DNA of 64,000 nucleotides from Octopus vulgaris (Eukaryota). Of the stretch, positions 29,915-43,864 are shown in pieces (positions within the stretch are counted from its first letter, which is position 1; the number at the start of each line of letters is the position of its first letter). The notes under the pieces are model-generated. The model saw only the letters and a list, made by a program, of their open reading frames with translations, was not told where the DNA came from and made no database searches. Position numbers and translations under genes: made by a program. The DNA is taken from contig OX597817.1 of assembly GCA_951406725.2 (NCBI GenBank), positions 8,680,001 through 8,744,000 on the forward strand, read 5' to 3'.

Positions 29915-30848
29915 TACGATTAACACCTGTTCTTGCAGCAACTCTGCACCACGCGAAGTCTATTACGACAATTATCGTAAGAGCTTTGACCCATATCAAA
30001 TGTATTCATAAGATATGATATCTTGAGAATATTAATTGAGAATTACTTAAAACACGACTAATGGTGGACATTTAGAATCGACATGTTTACAATACCCTTA
30101 TTATAGAATACTTTCGTTTTGTATTATAGATCGTTAACGGTAATAGCTTATCGTTGCTGTTTTATATACTTGTATTTATTTGTGACTCTCTTGGTTTTAT
30201 TGACACTGTTTTGTGTGAATTTGCCAACAATGCTCAAGCATTCTGTTAAAGCAGTACAATGTCCATTGATACTGCCAATGAAGATCAGAATGAATTAAAG
30301 CATTCTGAATTAAAGCATTCTCCCTTAGTCATTATTTGACTTTTGCAAAGTAATACAATTACAAAGCGTTGACGTGTTTCTAAATCATATTACTGAGAAA
30401 TATCTTTTACAATTACAAATTCCGTAAGTATTAAATAATAGAAGAAGTACCTCCATTAATTTTATGTACTGTCGTTTTTGATGCCTTAGTTCTTTATGCC
30501 TGCGTAGCATAAAATTGCAGTTAAAATATGAGTGCATTAGGGTTTCAGATATGTTATACAGTGAATTGGAAAGCTTCAATCAAAGGATTGTGCAAGCAAT
30601 TAGTAGAACAAACTCCCTCTGGACGTAATTGATATCTTAAAAACAATATACAACGGGGGGGGGGGGGCAATAGACAATAGTAACAAACTTCAATGAGATC
30701 AGTTGTTCATGTTTATTTTGGTTAATGTAGAAAATGCAGGCTTGCCATTTCAGGCCAAATAGCGAAAGTAGCGAAAATATTTCGGTGTTAATAAAGCTCT
30801 TTGTTGAATCATAATTCTACGATGTCAACAAGACTTAGAGGTGATCAG

Positions 30849-30882
<34 letters not shown>

Positions 30883-30936
30883 TGTATCTTTCTATCTGCC
30901 TGTTTGTTTGTCTGTCTGTCTGTCTATCTGTTTGTC

Positions 30937-31100
30937 TTTTTCCTTTTATTTTTACCCCCCCCCTTTTTTTCATTCTTTCTTTCCTTTTACGATCCCTTTT
31001 GATCGAAAACCAAACCCCCTTTTTTTTATCCCCAAATGAAAAGCTCTACCTTGTAATTTGTCCCGTCTGTGTGCAGCCCTGTGTAGCCAATAAAGAAACA
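30937..31100 (+). mobile_element. Tx1-like retrotransposon 3' UTR fragment in (TATC/TGTC)n
   Basis: GAAAAGCTCTACCTTGTAATTTG..AATAAAGAAACA|TATCTATC, same end as element at 45487. Confidence 0.85.
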
Positions 31101-31139
31101 TATCTATCTATCTATCTGTTTGTCTGTCCGTCTTTCTGT

Positions 31140-31863
31140 ATGCATGTTGTATGTATGTACGTATGTATGTATGTATGTATGTATGTAGGTAGGTAGGTAT
31201 GTATGTAGGTATGTATGTATGTATGTATGTATGTATGTATGTATGTATGTATGTATGTAGGTAGGTAGGTAGGTATGTATGTATGTATGTGTGTATGTAT
31301 GTATGTGTGTATGTATGTATGTATGTAGGTAGGTAGGTAGGTAGGTATGTATGTAGGTATGTATGTATGTATGTATGTATGTATGTATGTATGTAGGTAG
31401 GTAGGTAGGTATGTATGTAGGTATGTATGTATGTATGTATGTATGTATGTATGTATGTGTGTATGTATGTATGTATGTATGTATGTATGTAGGTAGGTAG
31501 GTAGGTAGGTAGGTATGTATGTAAGTATGTAAGTATGTATGTATGTATGTATGTAGGTAGGTAGGTAGGTATGTATGTACGTATGTATGTATGTATGTAT
31601 GTATGTATGTATGTATGTATGTATGTAGGTAGGTAGGTATGTATGTAGGTATGTATGTAAGTATGTATGTATGTATGTATGTATGTATGTATGTATGTAG
31701 GTAGGTAGGTATGTATGTAGGTATGTATGTATGTATGTATGTATGTGTGTATGTATGTATGTATGTATGTATGTATGTATGTAGGTAGGTAGGTAGGTAG
31801 GTAGGTAGGTAGGTAGGTATGTATGTATGTATGTATGTATGTATGTATGTATCTATCTATCTG

Positions 31864-31909
<46 letters not shown>

Positions 31910-31910
31910 C
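31140..31910. repeat. (TATG)n/(TAGG)n/(TATC)n compound microsatellite
   Basis: Direct inspection. Confidence 0.95.
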
Positions 31911-32328
31911 ATTTTACTAACTGTCAATCTATCTATCTATCTATCGATCGATCGATCGATAAATGGATCGATCGGTCTATCTGTCTAGCCAGCATTAATT
32001 TATCTATCTGTGTGTGTATATATATAGAGAGAGGGGGAGAGAGAGAAAGGGAGAGAGAGAGAGAGAGAGAAGGAAAGAAAACGAGAAATAGAATACAGTG
32101 ATGTTGATTATGTCTATATCTCATATCCTCAATCTTTTATCTTTTAGTTCTTTCAGTCAATAAAGTGCGGCCATGCTGGGGCACCGCCGTAAAGAAACTT
32201 TTAGACGAATGGCTCGACCCCAGTGCCTTTTTGTAAGTTTGGTACTTATTGTACCCTACGCTTTTGCTGAACCGTTAGGTTACGGGGACGTACACAAACC
32301 ACCAGCGATTGCCAAGCGTTGTGGGAGA

Positions 32329-32364
<36 letters not shown>

Positions 32365-33700
32365 TGCGTGTGGGTCTGTATGTGGGTCTGTGTGTGCATG
32401 TGCAATCAAAAAGAAATTATTAATGGTTTTATTTTCGCTTTTGTGGCTATTGTTCTTAATATAGCTTTTATTGTATGTAGCAATAACGATATTAAGTTTT
32501 CAGCCCGATGAATCAGTAACCGGTTCCTATTGCTTTCACATCGTTAATTCTCTCGAGGAAAAGATGGGGACCTCCCAAAAAAATGTACATAAATGACTGC
32601 AGTACTCTTTCAGAAATATACTGAGCTCACTCTTAATAGATTTAAACAAGTGCGAGATAAAAGAGATGCCTGTAGCAAGAATTTCCTAAGTGGTCAAATG
32701 ACCTACTAGAAACAGCAGCTAAGACATCACTTCTTTCATATATAATGGTCTTAAGAAATTAAATAAAGTATTGGCTGATCCTCAGATCCAGGCCTACTGA
32801 GAATGTCTAGCTAATGTTAGTCCTTCGATATGTAGAATAAAGAAAGTATCGGTTGGACGCTACTCCTATCTACTTATTATAATCTGATGTAGACAAACCT
32901 ACTCTGAAACACAAGTGGGATAATCTGTTAGGATTTCCGACCTAGCTAGTACAGTGGCATTCTATGGGGCCACCAGGTAGTGGAGGGACTGAATGCAGTT
33001 TAATGTTGTATTCAGGCTCTTGATTGTGAAAAACAAATGATAAAGGCTATTGGATGCATGAAAATTCTGCAGCCGTCGTCTGCTGCCATCACAGTATTAG
33101 GGCTGTAATGGCAGACGAGTGTTGCAATTCTGCCTGCTTCGCTGGAATTTAGGTTTCCTGGCATTGGCGGCTCAATCGATGGTATCACCAAGAGTCTTGC
33201 CACGTGTTACTGGAGGTTAGTTGTGAATTAAAGTTTCTATTACAGGTTGACTCATACACCGCATGCATATGTATCATCGATGATCCAATAGATACACTGC
33301 GTCGGAAAACGGTATTGGCTGACTACGGCTGGAATTCCTTTGGCAATGGTCTACTGAACATAAATCGGAAATAAACAATAGCAATAACATTTCCAAAACC
33401 GCATCCCTAAAACCAAGGAAGTGTTTTTCAATGGCGGAGAGAATTAATAGAATTAAAGATGTTTCAAATTTGTTAAATTATAGTTACAGACGTGGCTGTG
33501 TGGTAAGAAGTTTGCTTGGCACCTTGGGCAAGTGGCTGCTACTATGGCCTCGGGTCGACCAAATCATCGTAAAATTCGTCGTATGTATGTGTGTGAGTTT
33601 GCGTGTGTTTGCGTGCATGTGAGTGTGTGCGTGTGTGTTTGTGTCCGTATTTGTCCCATACCAATATATATTACCATATATATATATATATATATATACT

Positions 33701-33790
<90 letters not shown>

Positions 33791-34171
33791 ACATATATGC
33801 ATATATAGTGACACGCATGCGAACACACATATATATACATATATATATGTATATATATATATGTGTATATATATATATATATGAATACATATATATATAT
33901 ATATACTACCTTAAAATCGGCCCCATCGACCGGCTTTTAAGCTATCCCCTTTGGAAGGCTCTCCATTGGGCCTTGGGCCTAACAATAACACTTCATGCAT
34001 TGAGTACATATTAAGTTTTACTAAACTTGATCAATATTTTTCCAAGCAAAATCCTGTTTGTCTGCATGAGTGTCTGCATATGTATATATGTATTATATAT
34101 GCATATATTTCTCCCTCGTATACATATGTGCATATATGTATGTGTAAGAATAAAGATAGAAAAAGATTGAC

Positions 34172-34243
<72 letters not shown>

Positions 34244-34843
34244 GTGAGTGTGTTTGTGCGTGATTCATTTTAACTTGATACATCAACAACATATCAAAGA
34301 CTGTCTCCCCCAAAATATACTCTAATTCGTCTAATTCTTAAGGAGGAATCTCATTCCAATGAACATGTTGATAATAGAAATCACAAAAATCTATACGTTG
34401 CAAAAGTCGCCGATAGGTGAGTATAAAAGCCGATATTATATGTTTCTTTACAGGTTGAGGCTGACTTTTAGATCACTAAATGTCAAGCGTCTGTAACTAA
34501 TTACACAGAAAGATTCCTTATCAATCTATTCATGTTTGACATCTCTAAAAGTCTCTGTATAGATAAGAGACACTTCACGAATCGTATGTTTGAGCTCACG
34601 TTATTTTTTGATGGAGATGAGGAACAAGAACAACTCTCTCCGTTTAACATTATTCCTATTTTGCTTGGATTTTTTTTCTTCTTTTTTTTTTACAACCCTT
34701 GTGTCTTTTAGAAAAGCATGGAAAACTCTATTTGTTCTTTTATAGTATATTTGTATATTTCCAATGTTCTATTTTCAACGAGGCTCCGTCAAATTTCAGT
34801 AGCTGGATGTTTGGAATTGCTTACCTTATATGAAGATTTTTAA

Positions 34844-35177
34844 AGGTGCATGGCTCAGTGGTTAGAGCGTCGAGCTTACGATCGTGAGGTTGCGAGCTCG
34901 AATCCCGGACCGGGCTGCATGATGTGTTCTTGAGCAAGACACTTTATTTCACGTTGCTCCAGTTCACTCAGCTGTAGAAATGAGTTGTGACGTCACAGGT
35001 GCCAAGCTGTATCGGCCCCTTTGCCTTTCCCTTAGATAACACTGGTGGCGTGGAGAGGGGTGGCCGGTATGCATGGGCGACTGCTGATCTTCCATAAACA
35101 ATCTTGCCCAGACTTGTGCCTGGGAGGGTAACTTTCTAGGTGTAAACCCACGGTCAGTCATGACCGAAGAGGGTCCC
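34844..35177 (+). mobile_element. SINE family D, full length
   Basis: TGGCTCAGTGG A box, CTCGAATCCC B box; TSD ATATGAAGATTTT at 34828 and 35179. Confidence 0.9.
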
Positions 35178-35641
35178 AATATGAAGATTTTAACTATTTC
35201 ACTCCTCCTCTTTCCCCCACTTTCTTCTTTCCTTTTCTCCTTCTCGCTTTTCTAATTCAAATATTTTTTTATCTCTCGTGAAACAGACGTAGAATAAGAC
35301 ATAAGTCTTTACAGCGTGATCCTTTCTTCACGTATGCTCCTCTTCTTATGGTTAACATTAAGATTGTAAACAGCAATACAAAGAACTATTGCAGGGCAAT
35401 ACACTTTTAACTCTATATATTAATAATACACCGAATAGATTACATGTAGCTTTTTCCAGTAGAGATGGTGATCGTATCATTTACCATAAAATCTGACTTA
35501 GCGGTTCGACAGAGGTGACCGATAGTATAAATGCTGGGCTTACAAGGAATACGTCCTGGGGTCTATTGCTCGACTAAAGGCAGTGCTCCACCATGGCCGC
35601 AGTCAAATGACTGAAACAGGTAAAATAATAAAAGAATAAAA

Positions 35642-35679
<38 letters not shown>

Positions 35680-35765
35680 GAAATATTAAAATTACTAAGT
35701 CTCTTGGAGCTAATAAGCGACAGCTTTAGTCTTATATTTATAAGACTGCCATATAAGTATGGCGA

Positions 35766-35851
<86 letters not shown>

Positions 35852-36174
35852 CATATTTAATACTTAGCAGAAGTAACAGAGTGACTCCAGGTCCGAGAGT
35901 TTCGTGCGTTCGAACTAATCAATAAAAGTTTAAAGTAACGATTTTTTGCCAACCTAATGTAGCAGTCTCGTTTTGGGGCGAATGCTATTGCTGTTTAGCT
36001 CCAGGAGGCTTCGTCTCCAGCTGGCTATACGATACACAATCTGTGGCCTTATATTTTCATACAGGAGAGGTTAGCACCCCACCTATACATATACCCATAT
36101 TTCGAGTTCTATTTTTCCTGTTTGTATCAACGTACCCATACACACACACACACACACATACATCTATATAAAAC

Positions 36175-36716
36175 TCGTAGCTACTTTAACATGGCAAACT
36201 CTACTGCGATTTTTTTAACCCTAAGGGGACATACCCTCTAGCTGGTTCTACTGCGATTTTTTTAACCCTAAGGGGACATACCCTCTAGCTGGTTCTACTG
36301 CGAATTTTTTTAACCCTAAGGGGACATACCCTCTAGTTGGTTAACGATGCACAGATGCATCCGATAAAATTACGGGAAGGGGAGCGAGCCCCTACTATAT
36401 CCTGGCGACGGGACCAGTAAACCAGTCCTGGTTTCGGGCTATTTCTGACACTCCTCAATATTTCTATTTCTGACACACCCCGTCTGCTAGAGACGATAGT
36501 AGACAAGTGTCTAGTACTGAGGAGTGGCAGAAATAGGCCGAGACCAGGACTGACCTACTGGTCCCGTCGGTAGGAAAGGTAGGGGCTTGTTCCCCTGTTC
36601 GCAATTTTATCGGATGCATCTGTGCATCATTAACCAGATAGAGGAGATGTCCTCTTAGAGTTATAAAATTGCAGTAGGGTTCGCTCAAACGGACAGCCAT
36701 GTTAAAGTGGCTACGA
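36175..36716. mobile_element. Large foldback element (pLTR-like) with hammerhead-like cores and a 47-bp x3 tandem repeat in the left arm
   Basis: Ends TCGTAGCTACTTTAACATGGC / GCCATGTTAAAGTGGCTACGA; arms align ~200 bp; CTGAGGA..GA(A/G)ACCAG..CTGGTC. Confidence 0.65.
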
Positions 36717-36778
36717 ATATTACTTGTCAGTACAACTACTACGGTGATCGCTTAGAGAGATTTTAGAACTATATACAT

Positions 36779-36964
36779 AGGCACAGGAGTGGCTGTGTGG
36801 TAAGTAGCTTGCTTACCAAGGACATGGTTCTGGGTTCAGCCCCACTGCGTGGCATCTTGGGCAAGTGTCTTCTGCTATAGCCCCGGGCCGACTAATGCCT
36901 TGTGGGTGGATTTGGTAGACGGAAACTGAAAGAAGCCTGTCGTATATATGTATATATATATATG

Positions 36965-37011
<47 letters not shown>

Positions 37012-37218
37012 CTGTGTTTGTCCCGCTAGCATTGCTTGACAACCGATTCTGGTGTGTTTACGTCCCCGTCATCTAGCAGTTCGGCAAAAGAGTCCGATAG
37101 AATAAGTACTGGGCTTACAAAGAATAAGTCCCAGGGTCGATTTGCTCGACTAAAGGCGGTGCTCCAGCATAGCCGCAGTCAAATGACTGAAACAAGTAAA
37201 AGAATAAAAGAAAAAGAA
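36779..37218 (+). mobile_element. SINE family A, full length
   Basis: Head and tail consensus. Confidence 0.9.
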
Positions 37219-37455
37219 TATATATATATATTGGATTTATATATATTTAAAAGCCTTAATAAAATTAACAAGCTTAAATACAACAATTGTTTCTGTGCAT
37301 TGACAACAGCTGTTAATTTGTTGAGTTTTCCATATCATATAAATAAATATTATATAAATAAATATGGTAGCCGATAACTGTATTGGAGCTTTGAAATGCA
37401 CGTTAAGAGGCGTCACGTACAAACACACACACAGATACACATCTATCTATCTATC

Positions 37456-37972
37456 TTTGAAAAGGAAAGTGAGAGTAGAGAGGCAAGTTTTGTCTAGCGA
37501 ATGTTTTAAAAAAAAGATGGGTGAATGTAGCAAGGATGGCACGTATGAGTGACGAAGCCACCTTGAGCATAATCCTATGAACCCAGAAATTGAAAACAGA
37601 GGGTTACCCACTTGCAAACAAATGTGGTAACATATAACAATATTGACCGAGGTTACCGTGGTCTTTTTCGTAGGCTTTTCTTCCCACGGATAAACCTTAT
37701 CTGCTTCCCCCTTTACACCGTACATCATGACACTGTGATACACGATCCCTATTGATCGTTTTTTTCTCCTCTTCCTCTTTTTTCCTCTTTTTTCTTCTAT
37801 TTTCTGTTTTCTTTTCTTTTGTTTCTTTTCCTTTTTTCTCTTTTCTTTTTTCCCTTTTACGATCCCTTTTGATCGAAAACCTACGCAACTTTTTTTTTCA
37901 TCCCCCAAAAGAAAAGCTCTACCTTGTAATTTGACCCATCTGTGTGCAGCCCTGTGTGGTCAATAAAGAAAC
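37456..37972 (+). mobile_element. Tx1-like retrotransposon 3' fragment flanked both sides by (TATC)n
   Basis: LKRKVRVERQVLSSECFKK matches end of ORF 45902-47230; same 3' end. Confidence 0.9.
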
Positions 37973-38018
37973 TTATCTATCTATCTATCTATCTATCTAT
38001 AGAAAGATAGACAGAGAC

Positions 38019-38085
<67 letters not shown>

Positions 38086-38259
38086 CAAACAAGCAGACAG
38101 ACAGACAGACAGACAGACATATAGATAGATAGATAAATAGATAGATAAACACACAGACACACGTGTATCTCTCTGTATATGAGTGTGTGCGTGTGTGTGT
38201 GTTTGTGCGTGTGTGTGGTTGTGAGCGTATGTGTGTGTGTGTGCGTGGGTAATAAAATG

Positions 38260-40350
38260 TATTCCTACATCCATCGACATTACTCCGCCTTTCCACCAAG
38301 TTACATACTGCAACTTCTACACCCTAATTCGCTCACAGTTAATATCAGCGCGGGAGATTACAATATCCAGTAGAGAGCGTGGGGTGACGCAACATCATCA
38401 TAAGTCCACACCCTGTATATCTTACATATCCTAAACCAAACGCATGAAATTTCTCTAAACCAGTTGCAATACCTCTTCGCCAGATATTTTCTTCGGTTCT
38501 GCATACTCACAAATAGTAGGCAAATTATTTACCGATTTTTTTCGGATCATATTATCGTTACAGAACACTTGCACATTAATAAAGAAGATAAAAATACTTT
38601 CACAAAATTCATAAAAAGCAAAATGAAATCTGTTCCACCGCTAAACAAAATGGAAGTTATCGGAATTCAACAACGCCTCGATTATTGATGTAGGCACGGA
38701 GCAACGTACATTCAATAAAATAATTATTGACGCATGTAAAAAGAAAAAAAATTAACGCACTAAACTAAGCGGTATAAAGTTTAAAATTCCAGTCATACAC
38801 CGAAAGTTGCAACCTCATTGAAAGCAGAGGCAACTTCAAACACAAAACACCTAAAATCAGATACAGACAAATAAAACACAGAATCAAGAAACTAATTACG
38901 GAAATAACAACGAAAATAAACTACAGAAATACAGAAAACTGATAAACGTTTATATCCAATATGAATTTCAAAACTAACAGTAAAAACATAATTTGGATTA
39001 ATTACTGGCATGATCAGCAACATCGACCACACCTCATGCCACAATAACAACAATACAGTAACAAGTTAACGCCCTTATAAAAACTTTATAAAAAATCAGC
39101 CACCAAAATCCACAAAAAAAAGAGCACGAAATGTACACACCTTGTACTTAGGCAACAATTTTAACCCTTTTCTCCCATCAAACATACAGAGGAATTACAA
39201 CCGTGTTTCGTGGTCTGATACCACAACACCTCCTTTATAGGATCCAGTTAGCTCAAGACATCATCAGGAGGAACCACGTCCGGTTTCGGCCCCTACTCCT
39301 CTACCGTTTTGACGTGGCGGGGCCCCCTCTTTCGGAGGTGTCTTCAGCTCTGGTGTTGGGTGCATGTCTTCTTTCTTCTTCTTTCTTCTGTTCCATGGCC
39401 TCTTCGATGTATCATCAGCGAGTGTCAGCCGGTGACTGACTGACTTGTCAAATTTCCCCCTTTAAATAGGGGGAGAATTTGACAAGTATTCAGCAAATTT
39501 TGATAAGCCTCAGAAGCCGGACAAAATCAAACACATACACTTAAAATACAAATGGAATCAAGGCACGCATTCACCAACATCTACCAGTAATTGTATCAAC
39601 ACTTGCCCTAAATTTGGAAGCTAGTGAAAATTATATCAACTCTAAAACTCAAGGAAAAGTCCAAGTAAAATAACATCATACAGAATTTTTAATTTGGTGA
39701 TAATTCTATATAAGTTCTAGAAAAGCTAATCCTTGATAATTCTATCCCACACGTATCTCTTCCAAGTTACCAATTATACTAAGTACCACTACGTTACTTG
39801 GAAGCCTAATACAGAAAATATGTGATGACTTCAATGATGATAATCCTACCATGACTACCACTCAGCCAATGGTAAAACTTCCGGCTCTATTTCCCCTTAT
39901 CAATTAATTAATACAAAATTATTCAAATTACAGAAAACACTGGCTAGTCAGCAACCAGTCATGCAGCCAAGCCTATTTAGTAGTGTACAATAACATTTCC
40001 AGAATCTGCAATTTTCCAAACATAGTGAAACAGGAATCCTATTCCTTATTTAGTATATTCAACCTTTAACCATTCCGTTTACACACACCTCCACTAAGCA
40101 CAACAGACAACCTTGTACGTAGATGACGTCACATATCCTCCTACGTTTGTCAGACAACGCTGCTCAACTCGATCCTTGTTGAAATCAGCAAAACTCCCGG
40201 CCACCGAAACGACGGCATTAAACCTGCATCTACCAAATTCGCGCGATCGCTTCTTACCAGCAACACTACAGAACATCAAATACAACAAACCATCAAACTC
40301 AACGCCATATGTTGAGCAACCACGTATGTACTCTAGTTCCCCAACATATG
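38260..40350 (+). pseudogene. Heavily decayed APE-type LINE ORF2 (endonuclease plus RT)
   Basis: Colinear motifs AGDYN (~38350), FSDH (~38540), VKQ (~40025), LYVDDVT (~40112); A-rich sense strand. Confidence 0.55.
39190..39490 (-). ncRNA. GC-rich insert with two tandem hammerhead-like cores and a terminal hairpin
   Basis: GAG-CUGAAGA..GGCCCC/GGGGCC-GAAACCggacguGGUUC-CUC (39350-39268), then CUGAUGA..GUGGU/ACCAC-GAAACAcgguUGUA (39267-39196); hairpin at 39444-39486. Confidence 0.55.
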
Positions 40351-40381
40351 TTGCGTAACACACATACACATACACACGTAC

Positions 40382-40660
40382 ACACACAGACACATAGAAA
40401 CACGCATACACACGTAGATACACACACATACGCATATACATAAACGCACATACACACATAAACACACAGACACATAGAAACACACATACACACGTAGATA
40501 CACACACATACGCATATACATAAACGCACATACACACATAAACACACAGACACATAGAAACACACATACACACGTAGATACACACACATACGCATATACA
40601 TAAACGCACATACACACATAAACACATAGACACACGCATATACACGTAGAAACACACACA
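40382..40660. repeat. 80-bp minisatellite built from degenerate (CA)n, ~3.5 copies
   Basis: CACATAGAAA recurs at 40391, 40471 and 40551. Confidence 0.85.
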
Positions 40661-40994
40661 CACGCAGTTACACACATACACATATACATATACAGATATA
40701 CACCTACAAACATATACACATACATACACATACACACACACACACACTAAAATACTAGGAGTGATATACAACACCACCGCAACATCTACAATTCACACAG
40801 AAATTCAGTAAAGAAAACAAAGCAAGGCACAAAAATCTTTAGTACAATCGTGATATGTATCTCTCTGGGCCAACTATGGTGCACAAACAGTATATTTGAT
40901 CCATGATGGACTATGCCAGTCTTTCCTTGGATTCTGTTCCAACATCAAAACAGAATAAAACTACTAAGAGTACAAAATAGCGCACCACGTATAA

Positions 40995-41577
40995 CCTTTT
41001 CTACTCTAGGCACAAGGCCCGAAAATTGGGGGTAGGGGCTAGTCGATTAGATCGACCCTAGAATGCAACTGGTACTTAATTTATCGACCCCGAAAGGATG
41101 AAAGGAAACGTCAACCGCGGCGGAATTTGAACTCAGAAGGTAAAGACAGACGAAATACCTATTTTTTTATTACCCACAAGGGGCTAAACATAGAGGGGAC
41201 AAACAAGGACAGACAAACGGATTAAGTCGATTATATCGACCCCAGTGCATAACTAGTACTTAATTTACTGGCCCCGAAAGGATGAAGGGCAAAGTCGACC
41301 TCGGCGGAATTTGAACTCAGAACGTAACGGGAGACGAAATACCTATTTCTTTACTACCCACAAGGGGCTAAGCACAGAAGGGACAAACAAGGACAGACAA
41401 ACGGATTAAGCCGATTACATCGACACCAGTGCATAACTGGTACTTATTTAATCGACCCCGAAAGGATGAAAGGCAAAGTCGACCTCGGTGGAATTTGAAT
41501 TCAGAACGTAACGGCAGACGAAATACCGCTACGCATTTCACCCGGTGTGCTAACGATTCTGCCAGCTCGCCGCCTTA
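40995..41577 (-). mobile_element. SINE family B trimer with a single 16-bp TSD
   Basis: AGCGCACCACGTATAA at 40979-40994 and 41578-41593. Confidence 0.92.
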
Positions 41578-41607
41578 AGCGCACCACGTATAATGGTTAA
41601 TTAATTA

Positions 41608-41820
41608 CAGTAGCTAACCCTAACCGGTCGGGTAGCTAGAGTGTGCACCGCTCGGAGCCGCCCTTGAACTTTCCCGTCATCTGGATCCTCAAGTCATCTG
41701 GGTCCTATACAGTCATCTGGGTGCTCAAGTCCATACAACCTACCCAAAAGTGCCTCCCTCATAAAAACGTCACCCGGGGTGGACCGCCACTCTCCCCCTC
41801 TCCTACCCGCTACGCTACTG
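41608..41820. mobile_element. Possible hAT-type MITE
   Basis: CAGTAGC..GCTACTG termini, GC-rich interior; no TSD found. Confidence 0.4.
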
Positions 41821-42188
41821 TTGCTAACATTATATTAGAGGTAAACACAGCACTTTTCCGCACTGTTTGTTGTGACCCGGATATAAGTACAGAGATAATC
41901 ATGTTCAGAAAGAAGAAAAAGTGACGATAATACGACTGATTTTGTAGTCCTGATAGAATGTCTTATGCTGTGGACGAATGTAGGTGGAGCGAATAAGTTA
42001 CAGTATTGCTCTAGGAAAAGAAATGTCAGAGGACATCTTTGAAATTCTAGTATCTTTCGTGTCTCACTTCATTCTCAAACGATCTCAATGGTTGATTGCA
42101 TTAGAAACTTCTATTGATGATCAGCATCAGAAAAGAAGAGGCAAACGCAATGAGAGGCTTGGCAACACATGCATGCACACACACACAC

Positions 42189-42280
<92 letters not shown>

Positions 42281-42283
<3 letters not shown>

Positions 42284-42567
42284 TGAGACCCCCTTCGGTC
42301 ATGACTGACCGTGGGATTGCACCCAGAAAGTTACCCTCCCAGGCACAAGTCCGGGCAAGGTTGTTTATGGAAGACCAGCAGTCGCCCATGCATATCGGCC
42401 TCTCATCTCCACGTCACCAATGTTATCCAAGGGAAAGGCAACACCCGATACAGCTTGGCACCTGTGACGTCGCAACTCATTTCTACAGCTGAGTTAAGTG
42501 GAGCAACGTGAAATAGATTCGAACTCACAACCTCACGATCGTAAGCCCGACGCTCTAACCACTGAGC
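42281..42567 (-). mobile_element. SINE family D (internal deletion)
   Basis: Homologous to 34844-35177. Confidence 0.85.
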
Positions 42568-42745
42568 AATACAATATGTGATGGGTCTGTGTATTTATGA
42601 TATATGTGTGGTGTGTATACATACTTCATATTAGAAGCTCCGATGAAGCTATAAGGAGTTACTCAGGCACTCAGCTATGTATCTTATAGCAGAAACAGTT
42701 GTGACCTAATGAAGTTAATATGATAATTGTTTATTCGTTCGACAT
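42568..42745 (+). mobile_element. pLTR-like fragment with mutated hammerhead
   Basis: AGCU-CCGAUGA-aGCUAUAAG..CUUAUAGCa-GAAACaguuGUG; inverted homolog of 43826-43998. Confidence 0.6.
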
Positions 42746-42752
42746 CTCATCT

Positions 42753-42854
<102 letters not shown>

Positions 42855-42909
42855 GGGAGAGGGAGAGAGAGAGAGACAGACAGAAACAGAGACAGATAGG
42901 CAGACAGGC

Positions 42910-42952
<43 letters not shown>

Positions 42953-42956
42953 AAGA

Positions 42957-42994
<38 letters not shown>

Positions 42995-43671
42995 AACAGA
43001 CAGACAGAGACAGACAGACAGAAATATATGTATTGTTTTTATTCGCAGGTCACCGGTATAATCATTTTAATCATTTTAATGATTATATCCACAATCTATA
43101 CGTATGTATGTGTGTCAGATGTGTGTCAGTGAGTGTGTGTATACATACTTATACGTGCATATATATATACACATATATACATATACATGCACACATACAC
43201 ACACACACACGCATACACACTCATATATCAAACACGTATATGTATAAAGCTTCTTGCGTTTTTTCCCGAGAGCATAAGCAAATACTATATGTGTGCGTGT
43301 GTATTCATGTGTATGTATGTGTGTATATGTCTGTGTGTGAACACATTAAGTATATATTTATTTTATGCATATATACACAATATAATGTATATACAATATA
43401 CAATACATATGCATTATATAATTACACACACCCAAGTGAAGTCGACTGTGTGACCTACCTTGAACAATGAGAGGCAGTAATTCACATCAAATATATACAT
43501 ATAAGCACAGGTGTGGTTGTGTAGTAAGAAGCTTGCTTCCCAACCACATGGTTCCGGTTTCAGTCCTACTGCTCGGCACCTTGGGCATGTGTTTTCTTCT
43601 ATAGCCTCGGGCCGACTAAATCCTTGTGAGTGGATTTGGTAAACCGAAACTGAAAGAAGCCCATCATATTC

Positions 43672-43711
<40 letters not shown>

Positions 43712-43864
43712 GTATGTATGTATGTATGTATGTATGTATGTATGTATGTATGTATGTATGTATGTACATCTACTTGTGTGTGTCTATGTGTCTGTATTTG
43801 TCAAGCACCCTCACCACCCCCACCGCTTGTCGAACGAATAAACAATTATCTTATGAACTACATT

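Noticed and set aside
34417-34453. GTGAGT..TTTCTTTACAG donor/acceptor pair
   Set aside because: A 37-nt intron is implausibly short and no sustained flanking ORF was seen
35680-35930. Hairpin-rich inserts in (TA)n resembling further hammerhead elements
   Set aside because: Cores too degenerate to support a ribozyme call
41613-41626. CTAACCCTAACC telomere-like seed
   Set aside because: Only two units; chance level
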